Source: Rhodocyclaceae bacterium (GTDB lineage: Bacteria; Pseudomonadota; Gammaproteobacteria; Burkholderiales; Rhodocyclaceae). From it: a stretch of DNA of 64,000 bases. The notes under the pieces are model-generated. The model was not told the DNA's origin and did not search any database. It saw only the letters and a list, made by a program, of their open reading frames with translations. How positions within the stretch are numbered: position 1 is the stretch's first letter; each line of letters starts with the position of its first letter. Shown here piece by piece: positions 1-8,257 of the stretch. The DNA lies in NCBI GenBank assembly GCA_031555955.1, contig JAVBTY010000025.1:33205-97204 (forward strand), read 5' to 3'. The translations under genes were made by a program, and so were the position numbers.

Positions 1-1466
1 TTGATGACCTTGTTCATGTCGAGAATGACCACGTCCGGATGCCCGTCCTGCATCAGCAGCAGGTTTTCCAGCTTGTTGGAGGCGCCGAAGAACAGGCTGC
101 CGAACATGCGGTAGGCGAGGATGCGCGGCGTGTCGTCGGGGCGGGTGAGCATCTCGATGTCATGATGTTCCTCAAGCGCGATGCGCTCGATGCGGGTGAG
201 ATCGGATACGCGGTAGATGAAGAACAGACTCGCCAGCACCATGCCCAGTTCCACCGCCAGCGTCAGGTCGAACACCACGGTGACGAAGAAGGTGCCGAGC
301 AGGATGGAGCGGTACTGCACCGAATAGCGCGCCAGCTCCTTCGGTTTGAACGCGCGCCATTCCCCCATGTTGACCGAAACGAGCACGACGATGGCCGAGA
401 GCGTGGCGAGCGGGATGTAGCTTGCCAGCGGGGCGAGCACGAGCACGATGGCCAGCAGCACCAGCGAGTGGATCATGCCCGCCACGGGCGTGCGCCCGCC
501 GGTGCGGATGTTGGTGGCGGTGCGGGCGATGGCGCCGGTGGCGGCGAAACCGCCGAACAGCGGTGCGGCGAAGTTGGCGATGCCCTGTGCCATCAGCTCC
601 TGGTTGGGATCGTGGCGGTCGTCGATCTGGCTGTCGGCCACGCGCGCCGAGAGCAGCGATTCGATTGCGCCGAGCAGCGCGATGGTCAGCGTTGGCGCGA
701 TCAGCTTGCCCAGCGTGCCCAGCGAGAATTCGGGAAGAGACAGGCCCGGCAGATCGCGCGGAATGCCGCCAAAGCGGCTGCCGATGGTTTCCACCGGCAG
801 GCCGATCACGGCATTCACCGCGGTGGCGAGAATCAGCACCACCAGCGGCGCGGGCAGCCGCCGCATCCACGCCACGCGCGTGGAGAGCCGGTTCCACGCC
901 AGCAGGATGGTGAGCGAGGTTATGGCGAGCGCCACGGTGGGCCAGTCCAGCGTTGGCAGCGCGTCGGCCAGGGTTCTCATCTTGGCGAAGAATTCGCCCG
1001 GCAGGTTATCAATGCGCAGGCCGAGAAAATCCTTGATCTGCGAGATGAAAATCACCACGGCGATACCGTTGGTGAAGCCGATGACGACCGAGAGCGGAAT
1101 GAAACGGATCATCGACCCCAGCCGCAGCGCGCCCATGGCGAACAGCAGCACGCCCGACATCATCGTGGCGATAAGCAGGTTCTGCACGCCGTAATCGGCC
1201 ACGATGGCGTAAACGATGGGAATGAACGCCCCCGTGGGGCCGCCGATCTGCACGCGCGAGCCGCCCAGCGCGGAAATCAGGAATCCGGCGACGATCGCCG
1301 TCCAGATACCGGCCGTGGGCGACATGCCGGAGGCAATGGCGAACGCCATCGCCAGCGGCAGCGCGAGCACGCCAACGGTGATGCCGGCGGAAAGGTCGTG
1401 GGTGAAACTGTCCTTGCCGTAACCGGGCAGGGTGTCGAAAAGTTTGGGGCGGAACGGGATTTTCAT
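1..1466 (-). CDS. SulP family inorganic anion (sulfate/bicarbonate) permease, 3'-truncated by the window edge
   Basis: Not in the ORF track. Minus-strand reading from ATG 1466 gives MKIPFRPKLFDTLPGY...HDLSAGITVGVLALPLAMAFAIASG...GGSRVQIGGPTGAF...PATGAIART. These are SulP signatures, and the frame runs towards a STAS-like region (LFFGA) off the window edge. Confidence 0.9.
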   Translation of the reverse strand, partial: MKIPFRPKLFDTLPGYGKDSFTHDLSAGITVGVLALPLAMAFAIASGMSPTAGIWTAIVAGFLISALGGSRVQIGGPTGAFIPIVYAIVADYGVQNLLIATMMSGVLLFAMGALRLGSMIRFIPLSVVIGFTNGIAVVIFISQIKDFLGLRIDNLPGEFFAKMRTLADALPTLDWPTVALAITSLTILLAWNRLSTRVAWMRRLPAPLVVLILATAVNAVIGLPVETIGSRFGGIPRDLPGLSLPEFSLGTLGKLIAPTLTIALLGAIESLLSARVADSQIDDRHDPNQELMAQGIANFAAPLFGGFAATGAIARTATNIRTGGRTPVAGMIHSLVLLAIVLVLAPLASYIPLATLSAIVVLVSVNMGEWRAFKPKELARYSVQYRSILLGTFFVTVVFDLTLAVELGMVLASLFFIYRVSDLTRIERIALEEHHDIEMLTRPDDTPRILAYRMFGSLFFGASNKLENLLLMQDGHPDVVILDMNKVI

Positions 1467-1614
1467 GGGTGTTTGCGATGCTGTATTTTGCTGCGGTGGT
1501 CTTGCTGAGGTAATTCTGGCGTGGCGATGGCTTCGGCGCCCTGGAGGCCCATGCGCCGGGGGATTGCGGCGGGAGTTTTTTCCCCGCCGGGATCGCGCGG
1601 ATCCGGGGGGCTGT

Positions 1615-2940
1615 TCATTCTCCGTGTCCTCCGTGCTCTCCGCGCCCGATCCGGCCCAGCACGGCCGCAGCGCAGGCCGTGCCGGAGCGCACGGCGGATT
1701 CCAGCGTGGCCGGATAGTCCGATTCAATATAGTCGCCCGCCAGCCACAGGCCGGGCAGCGGCGTGCGGATGCCGGGGCGCAGCAGCCCGGGGCGGCAGGC
1801 GATGGTGGCGCGCTTTTCCACGATGACTTGTGACCACTCTGGCGCGGGCAGGCGGCGGGCGAGTTCGTGTTCGAGCTGGGCGTGGACAGCGAGGATGAGT
1901 TCGTCGCGCTCCATCGCCTCATGCGCGCCGTGCGCGCTGATAACGCAGCAGACCATCCCTTCCGGCCCGCCCGTCTGGCCACGGTCGAACGCCCACTGGG
2001 CGGGACCGCGGGCAAGACCGATCATCGGCCCGGGCAGCCGCTGGCCCGCGCCAAGGGCGAGATGGACCGAGACGATGGGCTCGTGCGGCAGCGCGTCGAT
2101 CTGCGCGGCGAGGCGGTCGCACGCGCCGGTGGAGGCGAGCAGCGCGCCAGCGTGATAGGGCGCGGTGGCGACCACCACCTGCGGCCACGGCTGGCTGCCG
2201 GGATCACCGTCGAGGCGGAAGCCTTCTTCCACTGGATGAATGGCGCTGATCGCGTTGCCGGTGCGCAGCTTGCCGCGCCGCGTGGCGAGAAAACGCGCGG
2301 CGGGCACGGGAAACAGTTCCGACAGGTCCACGCGTGGAATCAGCAACTCGCTCGCGCCCGAGCCCGCAGCAAGGCTGTCGCGCAGCACGTTGGCGAAAAC
2401 CTGCGCAGAGGCTTCGTCCGCCGGCGTGTTGAGCGCGGCCACGCACAGCGGCCGCCAGACGGACTGGCGCAGTGTTTCCGGCTGCGCCGCGCGGTGCAGC
2501 AGTTCTTCCACCGTCATTTCCGGGGGCAGGCGGAAGCGCGCTTTTTTCAGCAGACGCACCAGGCGCGGCAGCGCCAGGCGTTCGCGCCAGCCCAGTCCGC
2601 GCGCGCGCAGCAGGCCCACGGCCAGATGCAACGGGGCGGGCAGCGGGGCGGCGCGCAGTTCAAGAACGCCCGGAATATGCAGTGTGAACGGCAGGCGTTC
2701 GAGACGTTTGGGCGGGCTGCCGGTCAGGCGCAGCAGACGCGTGAGTTCGGCATAGGCGCCGATCAGGATGTGCTGGCCGTTGTCCGTTTCCCGGCCATCC
2801 TTGCGCACCACGCGCGCCCGCCCGCCCAGCGTGTGCGAGCGCTCGAACACCGTTACGTGCACGCCGTGGCGCGCGAGTTCGACCGCGCAGGCCAGGCCGG
2901 CATAACCGGCTCCGATCACGGCGACGGCGGGTACGCTCAT
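1615..2940 (-). CDS. hpnE: Hydroxysqualene dehydroxylase HpnE (FAD-dependent)
   Basis: VIGAGYAGL Rossmann motif, DNGQHILIGAY, C-terminal LAGDY..YPATLESAVRSG; adjacent to hpnD. Confidence 0.9.
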   Translation of the reverse strand: MSVPAVAVIGAGYAGLACAVELARHGVHVTVFERSHTLGGRARVVRKDGRETDNGQHILIGAYAELTRLLRLTGSPPKRLERLPFTLHIPGVLELRAAPLPAPLHLAVGLLRARGLGWRERLALPRLVRLLKKARFRLPPEMTVEELLHRAAQPETLRQSVWRPLCVAALNTPADEASAQVFANVLRDSLAAGSGASELLIPRVDLSELFPVPAARFLATRRGKLRTGNAISAIHPVEEGFRLDGDPGSQPWPQVVVATAPYHAGALLASTGACDRLAAQIDALPHEPIVSVHLALGAGQRLPGPMIGLARGPAQWAFDRGQTGGPEGMVCCVISAHGAHEAMERDELILAVHAQLEHELARRLPAPEWSQVIVEKRATIACRPGLLRPGIRTPLPGLWLAGDYIESDYPATLESAVRSGTACAAAVLGRIGRGEHGGHGE

Positions 2941-2959
2941 GGCTTCGGCCCGTTCATTT

Positions 2960-3793
2960 TCAGCCTCGCATCCAGGCGCGGCCCGCCAGCCATACCTTGC
3001 GCAGCGGGGTGAGCGAGGTGCGGCGGTCGAGCACCAGGAAGCCGTCGGCGGCGATTTCCTTCAGCAGCGTGCGGTAGATGGCCGCCATCGCCAGGCCGGG
3101 GCGCTGCGCCTTGCGGTCCACCTCCGGCAGGTGCGCCATAGCCTGGCTGTAGAACTGTTCGGCGCGCCCGGCCTGGAAGCCCATCAGTTCGCGGAAAGCG
3201 TCTGAGTGGCGTGCGCCGAGAATGTCTTTCGCCGGTACGTTGAAGCGCTGCAGGTCTTCGTGCGGCAGGTAGATGCGGCCGCGCCGCGCATCCTCGCCCA
3301 CGTCGCGGATGATGTTGGTGAGCTGGAAGGCCATGCCGAGATCGTGCGCATACCTGAGTGTGGCGCGATCCTGGTAGCCGAAGATTTCCGCCGCGAGCAG
3401 GCCGACGACGCTGGCCACTCGGTAGCAGTAAAGCTGCAGCCCCCTGAAATCGAGATAGCGCGTCTGCGTCAGATCCATTTCCATGCCGTCGATGATTTCC
3501 AGCAGCTGTTCGCGCGGCAGGGTGAAATCGCGCAGCACGTCGCACAGCGCCTGGCCAACCGGGTGGGTGGGCGCGGCGTCATACACGCGGTCCAGTTCCC
3601 CCCGCCACCATTCGAGCGTTGCCTGCGCCAGCGAGGGGTCGTGGCATTCGTCCACCACGTCGTCCACCTCGCGGCAGAACGCGTACAGCGCAATGATCGC
3701 CCGCCGCCGCAGCGGCGGCAGGAACATGAAGCTGTAGTAGAAGCTGGAGCCGCTGCGGGCGGCCTTGTCCTGGCAGTAATCGTGAGGGTTCAT
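2960..3793 (-). CDS. hpnD: Presqualene diphosphate synthase HpnD
   Basis: Start trimmed to MNPHDYCQDKAARSGSSFYYSF. Motifs YAFCREVDDVVD, YCYRVASVVG, QLTNIIRDVGED..RGRIYLP. Confidence 0.92.
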   Translation of the reverse strand: MNPHDYCQDKAARSGSSFYYSFMFLPPLRRRAIIALYAFCREVDDVVDECHDPSLAQATLEWWRGELDRVYDAAPTHPVGQALCDVLRDFTLPREQLLEIIDGMEMDLTQTRYLDFRGLQLYCYRVASVVGLLAAEIFGYQDRATLRYAHDLGMAFQLTNIIRDVGEDARRGRIYLPHEDLQRFNVPAKDILGARHSDAFRELMGFQAGRAEQFYSQAMAHLPEVDRKAQRPGLAMAAIYRTLLKEIAADGFLVLDRRTSLTPLRKVWLAGRAWMRG

Positions 3794-4107
3794 GGAAAAA
3801 CCGGCCGCAGTCCGGCCCGCGGGCGCGTTCCGGCCGGACGTTTCTGGCAGGAAATGCGGCAGGCCGTGCAGCCGGGAGCGCCGGAATATGTAACCGCTGA
3901 TTATAGCTCTGGATGGCCCGGGGGGCTTTACGGCTGGAGGAGAGCGGCAGGGCTGTCGCATGGATGCTGCGCCGCGCGGCCCGGAATTCCCGGTTATCGC
4001 GAACGGAACCGGGCCTTTGCGCCCAATGGCGGCTTCTCGCGACAGGTTTTGAACAGGTTCCGGGCTGCGCCGCCGCCGGGGCGGCGGAACCGCGCTATCT
4101 GGCGTCG

Positions 4108-4968
4108 CTAGCTGCAGACCGCCGCAAGAATTTTCTGTTTGCTGGCGCGGGCGGCTTCCAGCAGTGAATCGAAGCTGGTTTTGTCGATGCTGGCGGCGCA
4201 GGAGCCGAACAGGTCTGTTTTGCGCCCGGGGTCGAGCAGGGCGTCGAAGGGATTGGGGGTTTCCGCCGCGAATCCCGCGATCAGCACCGTGTCGGCAAGG
4301 TTCGCCGGAGGCCACGAACCGCCGTAGGGATTTTCGTACTGGAAGGCGTCGAGCACGCTGTCCGGAAGCTCGAAGGTTTCGAGAACGGCGCGCCCGGCGG
4401 GTTCGCTCCAGATCGAAACGAACCCGGCGAAGCTGTTCAGGTTTTCTTCCAGCGCGGGGTAGGCCGATGCGCGGGCAAGGAGGAAGAACTGTCCGATGCT
4501 GGCCAGCATTCCGGCGAGCATGGCGGTGTCGGGGTTCACTGTGCCCAGGTGGCGGGCAAGGGCATGGGACCACGAGGCCACGTCTACCGAATGCATCCAT
4601 AAGCCCGATGCGATCAGGCGCATGTTCCGGCTGCGGTGATCCTGGGCGATCTGCTCCGCCGCCACCGAAAATGCGAGGCAGCGCAGGGAGGACAGGCCAA
4701 TGCGCCTGACGGCCTCGGTGACGCTGGTCACCTGTGCGCCGTGGGGATTGAGCATCGCCGTATTGGCCATGCGGATAACCTTGGCGCTGAGTACCGGCTC
4801 GGCCCGGACCAGACCGGCGATGTCTTCCACCCGGGAGCCAAGATCGTCGGCCAGGCGCTTGATGCGCATGGAGACGTCGAATGCGGTGGGAAAATTCAGA
4901 TGCCCTCTCCGCAGTTCTTCTTCGATCTGGCCGGAAAAAAGCTGTATCTGGGCGTCGAAACTGTTCAT
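4108..4968 (-). CDS. HDOD domain signal-transduction protein
   Basis: EPVLSAKVIRMAN, AVRRIG, LWMHSVDVA and AMLAGML are typical HDOD helices. The usual LHDIG is degenerate (LASIG). Confidence 0.8.
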   Translation of the reverse strand: MNSFDAQIQLFSGQIEEELRRGHLNFPTAFDVSMRIKRLADDLGSRVEDIAGLVRAEPVLSAKVIRMANTAMLNPHGAQVTSVTEAVRRIGLSSLRCLAFSVAAEQIAQDHRSRNMRLIASGLWMHSVDVASWSHALARHLGTVNPDTAMLAGMLASIGQFFLLARASAYPALEENLNSFAGFVSIWSEPAGRAVLETFELPDSVLDAFQYENPYGGSWPPANLADTVLIAGFAAETPNPFDALLDPGRKTDLFGSCAASIDKTSFDSLLEAARASKQKILAAVCS

Positions 4969-5014
4969 GGCCGTCTGCGATGTCGGGGTGGGCGGGAGCG
5001 CCAGGGCGCGTGCG

Positions 5015-5584
5015 TCATTCTAGCGTGGCCGGAGTGGATGCCAGCCGGGACGTGTGCCGTTTCCGTCTGCGCCAGGCGCGGATCAGCCACGCCCGCCATG
5101 CGGCGCGGGTGGCGACGTAGCCCAGCGGGGAGAGCAGGGCGGCCAGCACCACGAGCCCCATGGCCAGGGGCGTGCCCAGGCCGATAACCCAGTCGGTGAG
5201 CGCGCCCAGCCAGGCGGCCAGACCTGATCCGTCCGGCTCGGGGGGCGGAGTAAAGCCGCTGCCGTCGTGGTGCAGCACGTGGGAGCCGAGTCGGTAGGCC
5301 AGGATGTAGATCGGCACCAGCGTGAAGGGATTCGTGTACAGCGTGGTCAGCAGGGCGAGCGGCAGGTTCACGCGAAACAGCACGCAGCACAGCGCCGCCG
5401 CGGGCATCTGGAACGGGCCGGGGATCAGCCCGCAGGCCAGTCCGGTGGCGATCGCGCCCGCGGCGGAATGGCGGTTCAGATGCCACAGCCGGGGATGGAG
5501 CAGGGTGTTGGCGAACGGGCGCAGCCACCGGCTTTCGCACACGGCTTCATGTTTTGGCAGGAAGCGTTTCAGATATTTGCGCAC
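5015..5584 (-). CDS. DUF2062 family membrane protein
   Basis: GTG start (VRKYLKRFLP); LWHLNRHSAAGA, PGPFQM, RVNLP..TLYTNPFT. Divergent from comEC, a common arrangement. Confidence 0.8.
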   Translation of the reverse strand: MRKYLKRFLPKHEAVCESRWLRPFANTLLHPRLWHLNRHSAAGAIATGLACGLIPGPFQMPAAALCCVLFRVNLPLALLTTLYTNPFTLVPIYILAYRLGSHVLHHDGSGFTPPPEPDGSGLAAWLGALTDWVIGLGTPLAMGLVVLAALLSPLGYVATRAAWRAWLIRAWRRRKRHTSRLASTPATLE

Positions 5585-5735
5585 GGGCTGTATTTTCTGG
5601 CGCGCGCGGATGGCGCGGCCAGTCGCCGGAATCCGGGAAGGGAATACGGAAAATTCTAGCAGGGCGCGTCCATTTTCGCGCAGGGTGGTCCCGCGCCTTG
5701 TTTTTGCGGCATGCCGGGAGGCATGATCCAGCGCC

Positions 5736-8159
5736 ATGCGGGTGGCGATCCTTTTTTTCGCAGCGGGTATCTGGTGGGTCCAGTGGTGGGCGGAGCTGCC
5801 GTCGCCCGCCGCGCTGTACGGCGGCGCGGCGGCCCTGCTGGCTGCGGCGTTCGCGCTGGCGTTATCCGCCAGCCGGTTGCCGCCAGGCTTCCGCAGGGCG
5901 CTGGCCTGCGCGCTGGCTTTGGGGATTGGCGTTGCCTGGGCGGCATTGCGGGCGGAATGGCGCCTTGCTGACGATTTGCCGATGGTGCTGGAAGGGCGTG
6001 ATCTCGCCGTAACGGGCGTGGTCGCGGAACTGCCGCAGCGCTCCGCAGAGGGCGTGCGCTTCGTTTTCGCCGTGGAACAGGCGCGGATCGCGGCGGAAGA
6101 GAAGGGGGAGGCGGAGGAGGGCGGAAACGCCGGAAACATCAGCCCGGCCACCGCCGCGGCGGAAGGGCCGGGGGAAGCCGCCGTGCCGCGGCGCATCCAG
6201 CTTGCCTGGTATCGCGGCCGTGATGAAACCGCGCCGCTGCCCGAGGTCCGGCCTGGCGAGCGCTGGCGCTTTTCGGTGCGTCTGCGGCGGCCTCATGGAG
6301 CGGTGAATCCGCAAGGGTTCGATTACGAAGCCTGGCTGCTGGAGCGGAACATCCGCGCCACCGGCTACGTGCGTGGCGGCGATGCGCAACGCCTGGAGAC
6401 GCATGCGGGCGGCGCGATGGCGCGGGTGCACGGGTTGCGCGGACGTATCCGCGACCGCTTTCTCGCCGCGCTGCCGGATGCGCCCTGGGCGGGCATGCTG
6501 GCGGCGCTGGCGGTGGGCGACCAGAGTGCGATCAGCGCGGGGCAGTGGGAGGTGTTCCGGCGTAGCGGCATCACCCACCTCGTCGCCATTTCCGGCATGC
6601 ACCTCTCTTTCATTGCCGCGCTCGCGGGGCTGTTTGCAGGCTGGATATGGCGGCGGCTGCCGGTGCTGGCGCTGCGTTTTCCCGCGCGCAAGGCCGCTGC
6701 CATCGGCGCGCTGCTCGCGGGGGGCGCATATGCGTTGCTGGCCGGGATGGGCATTCCGGTGCTGCGCGCGGTGATCATGCTTGCCATTGTCGCCAGCGCA
6801 TTGCTGCTGGGCCGCGAGCCGGCCCCGGGCCGGGTGCTGCTGCTGGCGCTGCTGGGCGTGCTGCTTGCCGATCCCTGGGCGGTGCTGGCGCCGGGGTTCT
6901 GGCTTTCCTTCGGTGCGGTCGCGGTAATCCTGCTGATGCTCGGCGGCCGTTTCGGACCGCCCCGGCCAGCGTGGCGCGAGGCGGTATCGCTGCAGCTGGG
7001 CATTACCCTGGCCATGGCTCCGGCGCTGCTGGTGCTGTTCCAGTCTTTTTCCGTGGTAGCGCCGCTGGCCAATGCGCTGGCGATTCCGCTGGTGAATATC
7101 CTCATCACGCCGCTTGTTCTGCTGGCGGCGGTGTTGCCGCTGGATGCGCTGCTGTGGCTGGCCCACTGGCTGGCGGCGCTGATGATGCACGGGGTGGAAT
7201 GGCTGGCCGCGCTGGATGGCGCGCTCTGGCGGCAGGCTGCGCCGCCGCCACTGCTGGCGGCGCTTGGTGTGGGCGCGGCGGGGGTGCTGCTGCTGCCGCG
7301 CGGCGCGCCCGGCAAGCTGGCGGCCGTGGCGGTGCTGGCGTGCCTGCTGGCGTGGCGGCCCGCGCGCCCCGCTGGCGGCGAATTCACCCTGACGGTGCTG
7401 GATGTGGGCAACGGGCTGGCGGTGCATGTGCAAACCGCCGCGCACGATCTGCTCTACGATGCCGGGCCCGCGTACAGCGCCACGGCGGACGCTGGCGAAC
7501 GCGCCGTGCTGCCTTACCTTGCCGGAGCGGGCGTGGAACGGCTCGACATGCTGGTGCTGTCGCACGACGACGAGGACCACACCGGCGGCGCGCATAGCGT
7601 GCTGGCCGGCGTGCCAGTGGGTCGTCTGCTTGCTTCCGGCGGCGATCCGGCTGTCACCGGCAGCGCCGTATCCCCCGAATTCTGCGCGGCGGGGAAAACG
7701 TGGACCTGGGATGGCGTCGCATTCGAGGTGCTGCACCCGGCCAGCCCCGCAACCGGCGCAAGGCGCGGCAACGACGATTCCTGCGTGCTGCGGATCGCGG
7801 CCCCCGGCGGCGCGGCGCTGCTCACCGGCGACATCGGCGCGCGCGCCGAGGCCGCCCTCGCCAGCCGCCTGGGCGATGCGCTGGCGAGCGAAATCGTGGT
7901 TGCCGCCCACCACGGCAGCCGCTCATCGTCCACGCCGCTTTTCGTCGATGCGGCGATGCCGCAGGCGGTGCTGTTTTCAGTGGGCTACCGCAACGTACAC
8001 GGCCACCCGCACCCGGCGGTATGGGCGCGCTGGAGCGAAGCCGGGGCGCGCAACTGGCGCACCGACAGCCAGGGCGCGCTGCGCGCCACGGTAACCGCCG
8101 CCGGCGTCGAGATCGAAGCGGAACGCCAGCGCGCGCCGCGTTACTGGCATGGGCGGTAG
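5736..8159 (+). CDS. comEC: DNA internalisation competence protein ComEC/Rec2
   Basis: NPQGFDYEAWL, HLVAISGMH competence motif, many TM segments, C-terminal metallo-beta-lactamase fold (LDVGNG, SHDDEDHTGG, HHGS, GHPH). Confidence 0.95.
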   Translation: MRVAILFFAAGIWWVQWWAELPSPAALYGGAAALLAAAFALALSASRLPPGFRRALACALALGIGVAWAALRAEWRLADDLPMVLEGRDLAVTGVVAELPQRSAEGVRFVFAVEQARIAAEEKGEAEEGGNAGNISPATAAAEGPGEAAVPRRIQLAWYRGRDETAPLPEVRPGERWRFSVRLRRPHGAVNPQGFDYEAWLLERNIRATGYVRGGDAQRLETHAGGAMARVHGLRGRIRDRFLAALPDAPWAGMLAALAVGDQSAISAGQWEVFRRSGITHLVAISGMHLSFIAALAGLFAGWIWRRLPVLALRFPARKAAAIGALLAGGAYALLAGMGIPVLRAVIMLAIVASALLLGREPAPGRVLLLALLGVLLADPWAVLAPGFWLSFGAVAVILLMLGGRFGPPRPAWREAVSLQLGITLAMAPALLVLFQSFSVVAPLANALAIPLVNILITPLVLLAAVLPLDALLWLAHWLAALMMHGVEWLAALDGALWRQAAPPPLLAALGVGAAGVLLLPRGAPGKLAAVAVLACLLAWRPARPAGGEFTLTVLDVGNGLAVHVQTAAHDLLYDAGPAYSATADAGERAVLPYLAGAGVERLDMLVLSHDDEDHTGGAHSVLAGVPVGRLLASGGDPAVTGSAVSPEFCAAGKTWTWDGVAFEVLHPASPATGARRGNDDSCVLRIAAPGGAALLTGDIGARAEAALASRLGDALASEIVVAAHHGSRSSSTPLFVDAAMPQAVLFSVGYRNVHGHPHPAVWARWSEAGARNWRTDSQGALRATVTAAGVEIEAERQRAPRYWHGR

Positions 8160-8167
8160 GGGAGGGT

Positions 8168-8196
8168 TTGACAGGAGGAGGGCTGTTCCCGGAAGT
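8168..8196 (+). promoter_or_regulatory. Possible sigma70 promoter for the cas operon (perfect -35, weak -10)
   Basis: TTGACA at 8168-8173 in the comEC-cas3 gap; no convincing TATAAT at 17 bp spacing. Confidence 0.25.
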
Positions 8197-8257
8197 TTGG
8201 CGCGCCCCACTTCGGGGATTACCATCGCGGTTCATTCTGCCCAGACAGGACGCAGCG

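Noticed and set aside
39-1508. 489-aa plus-strand ORF and many other long antisense ORFs (e.g. 5862-7913, 21206-23167, 28718-30334, 38270-39826)
   Set aside because: Shadow ORFs opposite recognisable genes, caused by GC-biased codon usage.
4025-4095. GC-rich stems (CCGCCGCC-GG-GGCGGCGG) and ACAGGTT repeat downstream of the HDOD gene as a MITE
   Set aside because: I noticed only one copy in the window and no terminal inverted repeats or target duplication; it is at most a terminator-like hairpin.
3794-4600. Long N-terminal extension of HpnD (546-aa ORF)
   Set aside because: It overlaps the HDOD gene and intergenic DNA; the real start is 3793.
7700-8257. Apparent 186-aa N-terminal extension of Cas3 (1037-aa ORF)
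   Set aside because: It overlaps comEC in another frame and is Arg/Gly-rich junk typical of high-GC DNA. Cas3 homology starts at MEFAAH (8258), so this is not a fusion.
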